Shown here: positions 25,196 through 38,920 of the stretch, one piece after another
Layout: each line of letters begins with the position of its first letter
How positions within the stretch are numbered: the first letter of the stretch is position 1
Source of the DNA: Octopus bimaculoides
Lineage: Eukaryota
Direction: 5' to 3'
DNA: 64,000 nt
NCBI RefSeq assembly: GCF_001194135.2
Contig: NC_068994.1
Span: forward strand, 53,352,318-53,416,317
Program-made: the position numbers and the translations under genes
The notes under the pieces: generated by a model
Seen by the model: the letters and a program-made list of their open reading frames with translations, nothing else
What the model was told of the DNA's origin: nothing
The model's database searches: none

Positions 25196-26575
25196 CATCA
25201 TTTTCAACAAAAATTTCGTTTATATTTCGTTTTTTGTTAGTGCTTTCGCGTGTTCTATTTCCTAATTTGTAACTTATATAGGCCATGAGCCCAGAGCCTG
25301 TAGATTATTAGAAGACACTAGGCATGATTTTCTCAATATAATGAACCTATTAGTAGTTCTTGAACATATACTGTGTACATTAAACAGTACTTATCAATCA
25401 CCATTTTGTATACACACACACACACATTTTGCATACTCTCATACACGTACTATAATGAGAATATGGGGAAAAACATACAGTATTTCTGTAAATACTTTTC
25501 GCAGTGTGTGTGTGTGTGTGTACATCATTTTTCAGCGTGTATATATGTGGTGAATGAGTATGTTGCATTATTATGTGCACCTGCGTTTTGTCACCTAAGT
25601 TGTATCGTTATCTAAATGTATAACTACACCCTATTTAGATGTGTTGGTGGGGGTATATTTGACAGACATAATGTTGGAAGTTGTTTCTAAGATCTCATGT
25701 GTTAATATGACTATCGAAAAATATATGTGGAAAGAGCGATAGCATTTTGGGAAGATATCGGCTGATAAATAAATTATCACTCTTAGGAACACGAGCATAC
25801 ATTTGCTCAAGCATATGCGTACATAGAAAAGTATACACATAAGTCTTTGCACACAAACATACAAACAGACGCACACACACACATATATATATATATATAA
25901 ATATTGGTTATATAAAATCAAGTGTTTCGACTTCATTTACAAAAGAGACATGTATATAACACTAAGTTACTTTTTGCACTAAAAGCTCTGTTCACTCAAA
26001 AATATATGTCAATTTAGAAGTGCGTTATATATATACGTGTGTGTCGGTGTGTTTATGTATGTATATAAATGTATGTGTACAAAGTTTTTTTTAAGCCATC
26101 ATAAAAATGTTGAAGCAGGTGTTGAAAAGAATCGTACTGAAGAACTTACCGTTGGGTCGATGTATATATGTATGTTCGAACTGAAATGTATTAAAAAAAT
26201 CTTAATTTATATATATATATATATATACACTCTTAACTACAGAACTACAATAATGGGAAATGACATTTTTTATTCTCATCATATGAACTACGTTAACCCG
26301 AACAATGTAGGTTTCAGGAAAACTATTGGAAATATATGAATAAAGAGATGGAAAGAGAAAGAACCTAGTGGGGTAGTAGAGGCAATGAGAGTGTCTTGCA
26401 ATTTAGGATTTTAGAAGTGAATTAAATTAATCGTTCAGTTGAAAACAATTTAAAACGATATTTTGATAAAATATATTTAAATTGGAATTAAACAATGGAA
26501 AATTTAATTGCTTTCCTTCAGAAAAAGATACGGAATTCCAGCTAATTCTTGAGAAGCATTCCCCACCATGGTATA

Positions 26576-26613
<38 letters not shown>

Positions 26614-26711
26614 ATGCACTTAGAAAGTCACAAAGTCATCCTCCGAAGCATAAGTCTGGACCACAGTTTCTCCCTGTCATTAATACCAAAACACATAAAT
26701 GTATATGCTAG

Positions 26712-26791
<80 letters not shown>

Positions 26792-26809
26792 TATGTATAT
26801 GCTTGCACA

Positions 26810-26857
<48 letters not shown>

Positions 26858-28462
26858 CATACAGATACCCACTCGCTTGTATGTACGTGCGTGCTTACAT
26901 CTATGTTCTGTCATACATAAGCACGTAGACTCAAGCACATACGAGCATATATATATGCATATATTTACTCAGAAACATTCACACATATTTGCGACTCGTA
27001 TACACATATACATATTTACCCATGCAAACACACGCATTCATATACATGTATACGAGTGTTTGTGTGTATACGCCTTGAAAATGGAATGAATTTATTGACA
27101 ATAATAATAAAGATATAGTGTATATATATATATGGTAATAATAAAAGGAGTAGCGGACTAAAGAATAGAGGAATTAAAGGAAAGTAGAATAAAAACATAA
27201 AATATCTGATATAGAATTTAGAGTATGCGCTAAATATGTGTGCGTATGGTAAAAACAAATGGAAAATACGTATGAAAATTATAAATAAAACTGATAAGAA
27301 TTGTATATATTATAATATGAAGAAATAATGGATATACATAGAATACTAAAAGAGATGATAATGAGTACCACTTTCTAATAAAGAAATTTTACATATTCAA
27401 TGAAGGCATCCATATTACTATATATATATATNNNNNNNNNNAGACAGAGAAACATGCAGAAGTTATGTAGAATAAAAATGAGGATAATAAGTGAGGAATA
27501 AAATAGCAATAAAATAGATTTTAAAAAAACGTCTTTGTGAAAACGAATATTATGAAGGTGAGATATTTTATGTCAGGTTTTATGGGACAATTTTTATAAA
27601 ATGTGTATATTGAAAAGTCTATACAGAAAGAAAAAGTAGGCTAAATAGAAACCTTTGGAGAATATAAGATCACAATCAATATCAATATGAAGGTTGTTAA
27701 TTTCCTGATATCTTAACAAAGAATAATAGTTTATTAAACAAAAATTCGGAACTGATCACAAAGTACCGACATGAGAATTATTACCATCAGAGACAATTCC
27801 AGTTACAGGCAAGTTACTTGCATGGATCGATATCCATCGATCATCAGCGATAAAAACGTTTCATAAACAATTTATAAACATTTTATGCAAGCGTTTTAGA
27901 AAACTGGTTGCATAAAACCTATAATAAAACACGTGATATTATCAAAATAACGTATATTGCCATAGGAATAAACTTTCGCTCTTTTTGTTTTTCATTTTTA
28001 TTATTTTCGCTAATTTTATTCATTGTTTAATTTTTTTTAATTTCCATCGATATATATGTATGTATTTATGCATAACTTTTTTCTCTGTGTCTACTCATTC
28101 TGCACGTTTCATGTTATTATATACATTTCTTGTTATTTGAATCACTATATTTTATACGCACCGTTTTCGCATTACATTGCTTTTACCAGTTTCTGCTATA
28201 TTCTTATGTAATTTTGTTTGTCACTTCTTATATTTTAAAATTAATTTTGGGGCTATTCAGTTCGGAGATGAGAACGATATTAGGATATTTGCAACGCCTG
28301 CATATAGGTCAAGACAATATGTTCTGTATAGGATTAAAGAAAAACAAATTATATATAAATAATTTTGGTGGGGGCTTTGCAAGACTAGTAATCTAGTGCA
28401 GAACTCAATATACACATATTTCAGAGCAAAATGTTAGACGAGTATAAAACAGTAATAACAAA

Positions 28463-28787
28463 AAGAGATGACAAAGGAAAAACAATGGTTATGTTATAAA
28501 TTTCATTAGCTTACAGCTGTTTCTGCAATAAGATGCAGTGAACTCGTAGTTGAGGGCTTGAATAACATCCTATAACTTTATCGGAGCCTCAAAATGCAAT
28601 TTATTAGGGAAAAAATTATTTTTTTCGCAAATAAATTCTTTTTTCCCAAATGAATTGCACTTCATATCCATGGTTCCGATGAAGCTACAGGGTGTTATTC
28701 AGGTACTCAACTACGTAAGTCTTAGCAGAAACACCTGTGAGCTAATGAAATTCATGACATAAGCTTGTTTTTCCTGTGCCATCTCTT
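28463..28787. mobile_element. 325-bp foldback (quasi-palindromic) element / MITE
   Basis: The arms pair along nearly their whole length around a loop at about 28622-28628. Examples: aagagatgacaaaggaaaaacaa vs ttgtttttcctgtgccatctctt; ttcattagcttacagctgtttctgc vs gcagaaacacctgtgagctaatgaa; cgtagttgagggcttgaataacatcc vs gggtgttattcaggtactcaactacg. Confidence 0.85.
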
Positions 28788-29599
28788 CTATATATATATA
28801 TATATACACACATACTATGAATAAAATTTGGGTAAAAAACATGTACCACGTCCATAGTTATTGGCTACCGAAATAATTACAATAATAATACTCCTGTAAC
28901 TGAATATACATCTAGGATTCCATAGTATCCGTAGAGTGTATACAAAGAGAGGAATAAGAGAAATTGGATTGAATGGTAGGCTAAGTGCGACGATGTGTGG
29001 AAGCAATTGTTGTGATATTGAAATGATGTCATTCCATCCATTTTCTCATATTCATCTCTCTCTCTCTATCTCTCTCTCTCTCTCTCTNNNNNNNNNNGTA
29101 TATATATATATATATAATTTACTAACATTTTTGTAATATATAATGTGTTTTATGCTACCTTGTATGTATGTATGAATATATATGTATGTGTGTATATATT
29201 ATATATTTCTATTTAGTTGTATCTATGTGATAAGTAAAGGTATTAAAAGTATTCTTTTTATTTACTATCCATTGCAGAACCTGGATTACACATTTATATC
29301 TTGAACATTTGTTGATTCAACACTTTAAGGTAAGTTTACACCTTCGTGTTGTATGCTATTTCTCATTCAGTTTGCACACATATGTAAATTATATATATTG
29401 TTTTGAATTTGTGTGAATGTGTATAGAATAACATGCCAGTCGAATAAAGTTAAAACGTCTGGTTTTCACGTTTTTTTTATTATGGTATTTTAACATAAAA
29501 AAATATTTTGTAATACTCATAAAGTTAAATTACAGCTTTCATACGTAGAGGAATCAGCAGGTATGTATGTATATATGTATATATGTGTTTGTATATATA

Positions 29600-29900
29600 A
29601 GCATAGACGTGTAGATAATAAAAAGCTGCTTCGTAAGCACGTAGTTCTTGATTCAGCCCCGCTACGCGTCACCTCGGGCAAGTGTCTTCTATTATAAATG
29701 TGGATCGACCAACATGTGAATGGTATATGTGTACGAGTTTGTCCCCTGCCGCCTGTAATCCGGTGATGGTTTGTTTACATCCTTCTAATGTAGCGGCTCA
29801 GTAACATGCAACGATGGAATAAGTATCAGTCTTAAAAATAATCCCTAGAGTCGATTGATTTGTTCTACTAAATTTTTTAGGGCGGAACTCCTCTGCGTGG
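29600..29900 (+). mobile_element. Old family A SINE, highly diverged
   Basis: cacctcgggcaagtgtcttctattata and ttcgactaa-like tail remnants. Confidence 0.65.
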
Positions 29901-30033
29901 CTGGATTATAAGGATTAAAACAACTAAATACGCGTGTGTATTTGAGTGTTTTCGTTTGTGAGTGTGTCTCTTTGTATGTGTGGAATGGCAGCTATTTCGT
30001 ATACGTTTATCAATATGCTAGCAAGATCCGTGA

Positions 30034-30200
30034 CACTCCGGTTACGACGACGAGGGTTCCAATTGATCCGATCAACGGAACAGCCTGCTCGTGAAATTAA
30101 TGTGTAAGTGGCTGAGCACTCCACAGACTCGCGTACCCTTAACGTAGTTCTCAGAGGGATTCAGTGTGACAAGGCTGGCCCTTTGAAATACAGGTACAAC
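30034..30200 (-). mobile_element. SINE 3' body (probably family C)
   Basis: GC-rich gatccgatcaacggaacagcctgctcgtgaaattaa...gtggctgagcactccacagac...caaggctggccctttgaaatacagg. The link to the head at 2451 rests on my recall of the family consensus and is not demonstrable in this window. Confidence 0.55.
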
Positions 30201-30544
30201 CACTGGGCCATTGTGCCTCCACATTAGCAAGATTGTGTATGTAGGAAAGAATATAGTTAAATGCGAACTAACGTCCTTAATATAGTTGGACGCAAACGAA
30301 TTCTTAATCACTTACCATTGACCTCTTAATGAGAAGTAAAATAATTAGCATTAATAACAATTGTTGTGAAGAAAGAGGAAGCAGGGCAAACCGAGGTTCA
30401 AGTTTATTCAAAATTAAATGCTCGCGTCCAGTAGCGAATGTATCTGATATTCAATGAATGCAGTGACAATTTCGGACATATAATGGTCTTGTTAGACCAT
30501 CTTAGCGAAATAGAATTACTTGAGAGATATAATTTTAGATGGAC

Positions 30545-30800
30545 TGGTAAGGTAGGTAGATAGAAAGACAGGAGGGCGGACAGACATGCGGACACAGACA
30601 TGCGGACACAGACAGGCAGACAGGATAAGACAAGCAGACAGACAGATAGCTAGACAAACATAGACGGACAGACAAATAGACGGACAGATAGCTAGACAGA
30701 CAGATAGCTAGACACAGACAGACAGATAGATTGATAGACAGAGAGACAGGCAGACAGATATAGATAGGTAGATATAGATAGAGAGATAGATACAGATAGA
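30545..30800. repeat. Compound (GACA)n/(GATA)n tetranucleotide tract
   Basis: Direct reading, including a short duplication of cagacatgcggaca. Confidence 0.85.
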
Positions 30801-31674
30801 TAGAACATGAAATTAAAAGAATTTACTAACCCAAAAATTCTCACTGTTATAGTCCAAAATCTCGAAAATTTTCCGAAACGAGCAGTGAAAGAAAATTCAG
30901 CAAAGCAACCACAACAACAAAAAATTACCACTACTATTACTACTATTGTCATACTACGACATCAAAAGCAGTAAAAGACTGTCAGAACATTAAAAAAAAA
31001 AAACAAGAAAATCAAACCGCAAAATATACTGAATAAGAAGAAAAATTAATGAAGTCAACAAAAAATACAAGGACAAGGAAGAGAAATAACTAACGGTGTA
31101 AGGTTTTGGGACGTGACTTTATTGAGACATTACGATAAAAGCCAGAGAAAACGGAATGTGAGATTTATATTATATCTACGTGCAGATAAGATGGTTTTTA
31201 AAGCATTGTGGCGTGTACAGAAGTGGTTTTAGCAATGATCGTCCAACCTGCTTTATTAAACGAACCGGGCAGAATAATTGATGTCAGCTGTAATGAAAAT
31301 CTTGCACATTAAATTTGCACACGGCACGACTCGGTTCGGCTCACTGGGAGCTTCAAGTCTTTCCAAATGTTTGTTTTTGGTTGTTTGTTTGTTTCTGGTT
31401 GTTGTCCAGTCACATCTTGCAATGATAACAATGTTAACTTGTTATTTGGGGAATATCTTAAGTGTTAATGCGTACGTCTGAATATATATAAACTTGTATC
31501 ATATATATGGAATATATCTGTGTATGTTTGTGCATGTATGGGCTGCGCCTTCAATACAGCATGTTTAAAAAGAAAGCCAACTTCAATACAAACATTTATA
31601 CATGCATATACACAAACACTACGAATTACATACATACATAAATGGATATTGACAAGGGGAAAGATACGAAAATA

Positions 31675-32130
31675 ATAATAATAATCCTTTCTACTATAAG
31701 CGCAAGGCCTGAAATTTGGGGGAAGGTGATAGTCGATTACATCGACCCCAGTACTCAATTTGTACTTAATTTATCGACCCTGCAAGGATGGAAGGCAAAG
31801 TCGACCTCGGTGGAATTTGAATTCAGAACATAAAGACAGACGAAATGCCGCCAAGCATTTCGTCCGGCATGCTAACGATTCAGCAAGCTCGCCGCCTTAA
31901 TAGTGATAAGAAGAAAAAGAAGAATGGTTTTAAATTTTGGCACACGGACAGCATTTTGAATGGAGAGGGCAAGTCGATTATATCGACCCTAGTGCTCAAC
32001 TGGTACTTATTTTATCGATCCCGAAAAATGAAAGGCAAAAATCCACCTCGGCAAAATTTGAACTGAAAAATGTTGACCATAAGAAATGTCGCTAAGCATT
32101 TTGTCCGACGCAGGAACGGACAAACTGTTT
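31675..32130 (-). mobile_element. Two head-to-tail family B SINEs
   Basis: Copy 1 at about 31675-31897 is well conserved (…gattcagcaagctcgccgcc). Copy 2 lies at about 31920-32130. Confidence 0.85.
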
Positions 32131-32230
32131 AGCAGCATAATAATTATAATTATAATAATTGTCTGTAACTTGGGTATCATGCGACAAATTTGAGGACGGG
32201 ATTAGTTGAATAAGTTGATGCAGATAGGGT

Positions 32231-32468
32231 CAGGCATTAGTGTGCGGTTAAGAAGCTTGCTGAGCAACCAAGTTGCTCTGAGTCTTGTCTCATTGTGTGG
32301 CACACAAATATACAGATATATATACACACGACGGGCTTCTTTCAGTTTTCGTCTACCACATCCACTCACAAGGCTTTGGTTGGCTCGAGGCTATAGTAGA
32401 AGATATACGTCCAAGGTGCCACGCAGTGGGACTGAACCCGGAACCACACAACCACTCCTGCGCCTATA
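32231..32468. mobile_element. Two family A SINE heads in opposite orientation (plus fragment 32231-32301, minus copy 32325-32468)
   Basis: caggcattagtgtgcggttaagaagcttgc...gtgtggcac on the plus strand, then cgacgggcttctttcag...aaggtgccacgcagtgggactgaacccggaacc|acacaaccactcctgcgcc on the minus strand with an internal deletion. Confidence 0.7.
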
Positions 32469-35400
32469 TGTTCATTTTAAAGTGAAGTGTGTGTTGTGTC
32501 TAGGTCCTGGTGTTTCTCGTAAACGCACAAGATATCTTAGTGTCTTTTGTTATTCCCATTACTGTTCGCTTTTGCAGTTATGGATAACGTTTTCTTTACT
32601 GTTGTTGATTCCATCGATCTTATTTTTGTTATTGTTATCTTGTTGAAAATATTAATGTTGCTGTTGTTACTTGTTTTGTTTGATATTCGCTGGCATTCTG
32701 AATTTTAGTTTGATTTTTTTTTGTTGTTTTTTTTTTTGCTGGTTTTATCGAATTTAACAAGTTTTTATCTTTTTCCACCTTCCATTGCATTATTATTATT
32801 ATTATATTATTATCATCATCATCAGCTTACCATTATTATTTCGCATTTTGTTTTTTTTTTGTTATTGTTTTTGTTGTGTTAAGTAGAAGTTTTGTAGCCG
32901 TCGTCAATACTGTTGTTTATAGCAATTCCATTTTCCGCTTCATTGCTGTGTTTTGACATGGAAAACTACGCACACACNNNNNNNNNNNNNNNNNNNNNNN
33001 NNNNNNNNNNNNNNNNNNNNNNNNNNNNNNNNNNNNNNNNNNNNNNNNNNNNNNNNNNNNNNNNNNNNNNNNNNNNNNNNNNNNNNNNNNNNNNNNNNNN
33101 NNNNNNNNNNNNNNNNNNNNNNNNNNNNNNNNNNNNNNNNNNNNNNNNNNNNNNNNNNNNNNNNNNNNNNNNNNNNNNNNNNNNNNNNNNNNNNNNNNNN
33201 NNNNNNNNNNNNNNNNNNNNNNNNNNNNNNNNNNNNNNNNNNNNNNNNNNNNNNNNNNNNNNNNNNNNNNNNNNNNNNNNNNNNNNNNNNNNNNNNNNNN
33301 NNNNNNNNNNNNNNNNNNNNNNNNNNNNNNNNNNNNNNNNNNNNNNNNNNNNNNNNNNNNNNNNNNNNNNNNNNNNNNNNNNNNNNNNNNNNNNNNNNNN
33401 NNNNNNNNNNNNNNNNNNNNNNNNNNNNNNNNNNNNNNNNNNNNNNNNNNNNNNNNNNNNNNNNNNNNNNNNNNNNNNNNNNNNNNNNNNNNNNNNNNNN
33501 NNNNNNNNNNNNNNNNNNNNNNNNNNNNNNNNNNNNNNNNNNNNNNNNNNNNNNNNNNNNNNNNCCTGCTTTACTTCATAATGAACACATAAAACGAGTG
33601 CAGTCGTAAAGATTCCGGGAGGAATGGACCTGCCAGGATATGAGCTGAATTATTCACCGAGAGCTACAGTCATTTACAAAGACATAAACATAACAAAAAC
33701 AAAGAAGGTAAGCGCCTCTTTTCTGTGCAAGCTGAAAAGTGTCAGAAAAATTTATGGGTTGCCATTTTGGTGCTTCACAAAAAGGAAATCGTACGGATCG
33801 AGGAAACAGTCGATAGTCTGTGTCGTCAGCAACAGAGGGTAATAGGAAAAGTGGATAACCTTAATTGCTTTGAGGGGCATAGAACATAGCTCATGTTTTT
33901 TTTTGGGGGGGGGTCTATTTTAAGATCTATTTCCCGTAGCATTTCTGCCGCGATGGCGCACCTAATTTCCGGTTTTTCTGTTTCTTTAATCTTTCCCAGC
34001 CCACTTGGTTTTGGATTATCTATGCATCAGCCGGTCTGATATAGTTAATTGTTAATATTTAATTCTAATGATATTTCTTTGCAGTGGTTTGTTAAACCGT
34101 TAACCCCTGTAGCAGCCCTCTTTCCACTTTATATGACTGCTGTTGACTCTCAAGGTGTTCATTCACCTTTAATATGTTTAATCGTTTAATCCTGCTGCGT
34201 ACCACCAACACACCTTCCCGACTGAGCAACCCTAGTATTGACCCGGTTTAATCGCCGACTACTCATCCATGAGAGGGATTTACGTGGTTACCATGCTTTC
34301 ATCTTTTGATAGCATGACTCCTAATATGATAGGGATTTTTTTTAAGATGTTAGGATGGGATTTGAGGCCTGATTAATCAATTGAATTATCTGGTGAAGTG
34401 CATTGTGGTGTTTGTTCAGAGTTCCTGTTACTACACTTATTCTGTTACCGGCAAAGGTCTCCGGTTTGAGGATAACATACTCTCTTACTCCCACTTGCCT
34501 CGAAGGCTCTGAATCAAGGGAAGAAACGTCATGAACACTAGCTTTCTTTTCACCACAAACCAGTATAAACAAAATTTCTTCCCTCCCATCTAAGCTAGAA
34601 AATCAATATGTGCTCTTTTCTAAACCAGTTATTGAAGTTTGTATCAGACATTTTAACAAACAGCTGAGAGTTCATTAATTTTTGGTTAATTAAACCACAT
34701 CGTAATATTTAACTAAACGCAATATCCATGACTGTTACTAAAGGATTATCGGACATTGTAAAAGCTAGCTGTGTCACTAGATTAAGGTAATCAGTTTTAT
34801 TATATTAATTAAAACTGTGTACTATCTAGATCGCTATCAGTCTTTGAAAATCTGGTATCACTGTGATACAGTCTCATTAATTTTGCTACTTTAATTAAAC
34901 TGGAAACTCATTATTGGTTTTTTCAATATTTTTTTCATTCATTGTTGATTTTGAATTTTTTATTGTGCAACAATTATTATTATTATCATTATTATTATTA
35001 CTTGGGAGTTCAAATCCTGTACATCCAATTTTTGTCTTTCATTGATAAAAATATCATTTTATTTTTATTTATTTACTCTTATATTTATTACTTTTTCCGG
35101 ATGTGTCGCCTGCGTAGAGTAGAAAGCACGAGGTTTTTTTTGCTGCTGTTGTTGTTGTTGTTGTTTTCGTGATTCAGAAAAGGCCCTACGATTGCTAAGT
35201 TTCTTTCGCAACCACGTTTTCCTGGATTTCATCCTATTACTTGGCACGTTGAACGGGTGCCTTCCACTATAACCTTGGTTTAGCAAAGAGTTTAGAAATA
35301 TTTAGCCGCTATTTTAACAAATAATGAGACCCCGTAGAGGCTTTCTACTTTTGGCATGTTAGTATTGATGTTACTACTGCAAATGTTTAGCCCCATGTAA

Positions 35401-37344
35401 ATCTCCACCTTCAATGTTACCAGTGAAATTCGGTTGGTATGCGTGTGTTCTCTGTACAAATTAATTCTCTTTATACACATTACGAAATCAATAAGTTAAT
35501 TGCTTGAACATAATGAGCAACTAAAACCGTAACCTAGAAATTGCATAGTGTTCAGAGTCAAGCTATCAATAATCATCAACAAAGAAGGATACGCAAATTA
35601 GAAGATAGCTTATAGGTTATGAGTATACGCTTCAGAAAAACGGATTCAGTTTTGTTCCAGAAGTGACACGAGTACGCGACGCTGATAAGCCGCATTACGA
35701 TGAAGTACGTATCTTACTTGTTGAATAACTTCTGGAGCGATTTTGTTTCGCCGAGCTCTGAAGTATATTGTATCTTTCAACACTATGCTTTTTTCAAGTC
35801 TTCCTTAACTTTCCTTAATTAAACAACTCAGCTTATGCTTCCTTATGCTTTCTCAATCAAAATATGTGTTATTCTCAACATATGTGAAATCTATATCATT
35901 ATCAGTCACATTAATCTCAACATATAAGGCACTTCCATGATCATCAAACACATTAATTTCACAATTCTTCCCTGATTAACTTTTAAATATTTTTAATTCC
36001 TGGTTTATGTGAACTGAAAATGTCTTCATATGGAAATCGTAATCATGTTTCGGAATCAATACACTTGAAATTTACCATTATAATTCTCCCTGGAAAAACA
36101 CAATGTTTCCTGTTGGCCAACCACAGAAAAAAAGAATCAACAATTGAGATGGAGTGGTTAGGTATTTGTTTTCTGTGACATACACTTTTTCCAATAGCGT
36201 TAACTGCCTGCTGTGCAATATAGAGCAAACAAAAATTATAAGTCTTCAGACAAGTAAATTTAAGCTACTCGTTTGACTTGCCATGAGACTTCTTAAGTCA
36301 TACATATCCCGACAGTGTTCGAAATAATTTCACAAGAAAATGTTTTGCTAGATTCTCAACATTTTTTTTTTTACAGACAACTGTTTCTTTTCTAAATATT
36401 TTTATACATAAATTTTTCACTGCTTATTTCCATGTGTTTTTTTTAATAATTGTTTACAATATATTTTGTATTTGTGAGAAGATTCTTCTCTTATCTTCTC
36501 TTTCGATTCATAGAAACACATGAAAAATAAGCAACTAAGAAAATAATAAAAGGAAATTGCAAAAATGCCCGGCAGCCATGTTTTTTGTTTACCCAGAATT
36601 TCCGCGTTTTATCGATTTTCTACTGTTAAAAGCGGTTCCCACAAAATGTCGAGATACCATTACCATAGTTCCCAAGCTACGTCCCAAGCAATTCCACCCT
36701 CGAACACACCCTTACAACGAACACACAGCGCTTTTTGCTTTTATTCTTTTTTTTTGCCTTAGATCTATGGCAAACTTGAATTAACATCTAATCTAAAACT
36801 ACAAACAAACCTATGTAGTTGATAAATAAAACAACCGCTAATTTATTGAGAAACATGGGAAGGTAAATTTACATCTCACCTGTAACTACTTTTGTCTTTA
36901 CAGTTTTGATGGGAAGGTTGCACTTGCAACTGGGATATAAGCTTCGCAAAACCAGACAAAATGGTACCAAAATGTTTTTACTGCCTGCATCTAGTAATTT
37001 TCGATTTGACTCTTATTACTTTCAAATAAGCTTAGTGGTTGCGCTGAAACTCGCTAAACAGAATATCAGAAAGGAAATAAAATTCGTTTTTACTTTGCTT
37101 CAAAGCTCAGAATAGCAATCACATTGTTTTTTTGATAACTAAAAATCATTATATATTTTTAACTTTCACCTCAACTGAATGTCATTTTAGAGTGATTCTT
37201 CCCAAACCATTCTTGTTTCTCATTGTTGATATCTGGGAATAAGTTAATTATCCAGTCTGGGTTTTGTTAAGCAAAAAGAGATCCTGGAATCTGTCATGCA
37301 AATGGCTAAGCAGCCTGATCAAGTTGTATGCAACGCGCATTTTT

Positions 37345-37958
37345 TCCGGAAGTTTGCTTCACAACCACATGGCTTCGGCTTCAGGCCCAATGCATGGGAC
37401 TTTCAGCAAATGTCTTCTACTATAAGACCGAGCCAACCAAAGCCTTATGAGTAGATTTGATAGAGGGAAGCTGAAAGAAACCCGTCCTGTGGTGGTGGTG
37501 GTAGTAGTAAGGGGGCATAGGCTGTGAACGTGCGTCGCTGCATTCATCTTCTGTTGGTAAGTCCTTATTCCTGAAGGATAACATCTTTGCACCATTCAGT
37601 TGACAAAACCTCCAGACCATAGATCTGTTTCGATACTCGTTACAGATGAGGGTTTTCCGAGGTGCGAATCCTACTGCAGTCTTTCATAACACGCAGAGAA
37701 AACGTTAGGTCTATTGTTTGGCATACCTTTCCCCACACAGTTCTGGGGGTACATATGTATTTCACCACCGCCTGACAACCGGTGTTAGTTTGTTTATGTC
37801 CTCACCATAACTTCGCGGTTTGACGAAAAGAACCGATAGAATAAGTACCAAGTTACAAAAAATAAACTAAATATGTACTGGGGGTCGATTTGTTCAACTA
37901 GACCCTTCACAGTAGTGCCCCAATATGGCCGCAGTCTAATGACTGAAACAAGTAAAAA
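37345..37958 (+). mobile_element. Family A SINE inserted in the hAT fossil, with an internal insert of about 275 bp
   Basis: Head/CORE at 37345-37490 and tail at 37765-37958 ending aatgactgaaacaagtaaaa. The hAT reading frame resumes on both sides. Confidence 0.8.
37490..37765 (-). mobile_element. Nested insert, possibly a LINE (RTE-like) 3' fragment with a (TAC/CAC)n tail
   Basis: On the minus strand it ends in ...cctatgcccct-actactaccaccaccacc, a simple-repeat tail, and contains a PRKT-like coding remnant. The family call is weak. Confidence 0.35.
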
Positions 37959-38753
37959 TCTGAGAATCTCGGAAAATGAAAGAGTTTATTTCTGTCTATG
38001 TTACATTTAAATATGAATAATTGCAACTTTGACAGAAACGTGGTGAAGGCCAATTTAAAAGTAATAAGATTAAGCTCACTTTTCTTGAAGTTGCAAAGTA
38101 TCTTGTGAATAAATCTGGCAATTTCATGCTTGACGTCTCTTAGCTCATCACGGAAAATGAACATGAAGTCTTGAAAGAAATTGACGACTGTTATAAAAAA
38201 TAAAATAAATAGAAATATCTCGTGTAGTTTCCCTTTGACGGCCATCTAACTCCAATGATCAACAACAAATGTTCAAAGAGAAAAAGACGTTCATAATTTC
38301 CAAAGACGACCTGTCGAAACAGTCGGAAATTAATAGCATGTTCTTTGAGTTTATTTATTGCTGCGATAACATTGCTTAATGATTTGCGATGTCGACTACC
38401 CATGTGTTTTTACGAGGAAATTGCATGTGGAATATTTGTCGCAAACAAGTATAGCTTCTTTTTTTTTTCCTCTTTACAAGAAACTTATGAATCAATCATG
38501 ACAACTTGTTATCGATGGTGTTTCCGCTGTTCACAGGTAATGATGTTCGTAAGCTGAATGTCTTTCTCGTCAAAACGAATTTGAAAATATACAGAATACC
38601 GGATCTCATTTTTTTAATATTCTATTTCACAAATAACGGCTTTTGAACTAAACTTTCTTCCTTCATAAAATGAACGTAAGCAAGAGTCAAAGACCGTTGT
38701 CTGTCAAGCAAATAATTTTAAACCTAATACTATCTTCAGAAAGTTGTATAACA

Positions 38754-38920
38754 GGCGCAGGGGTGACTGTATGGTAAGAAGCTTGCTCCACAACCACATG
38801 GTTCTGGGTTCAGTCGCATTGAGTGTTACCTTGGGCAAGTGCCTTCTACTGTAGTTTCGGGCCGACAAAAACCTTTCAAGGTGATGCCCCAGCATGGCCG
38901 CATTCAATTAAAAGTTAAAA
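38754..38920 (+). mobile_element. Internally deleted family A SINE inside the hAT fossil
   Basis: ggcgcaggggtgactgtatggtaagaagcttgc...ccttgggcaagtgccttctac is joined directly to the tail gccccagcatggccgc. Confidence 0.85.

Noticed and set aside
36904-37115. Strong acceptor ttttgtctttacag followed by ORF MMGRLHLQLGYKLRK...
   Set aside because: It is the antisense of the hAT C-terminus (QVQPSH).
38473-38528. Apparent plus-strand exon with a long polypyrimidine acceptor and cag|gtaatg donor (TYESIMTTCYRWCFRCSQ)
   Set aside because: It is the antisense of the hAT transposase region corresponding to TDGAPSMTG..GFISFL. The splice signals are probably coincidental.
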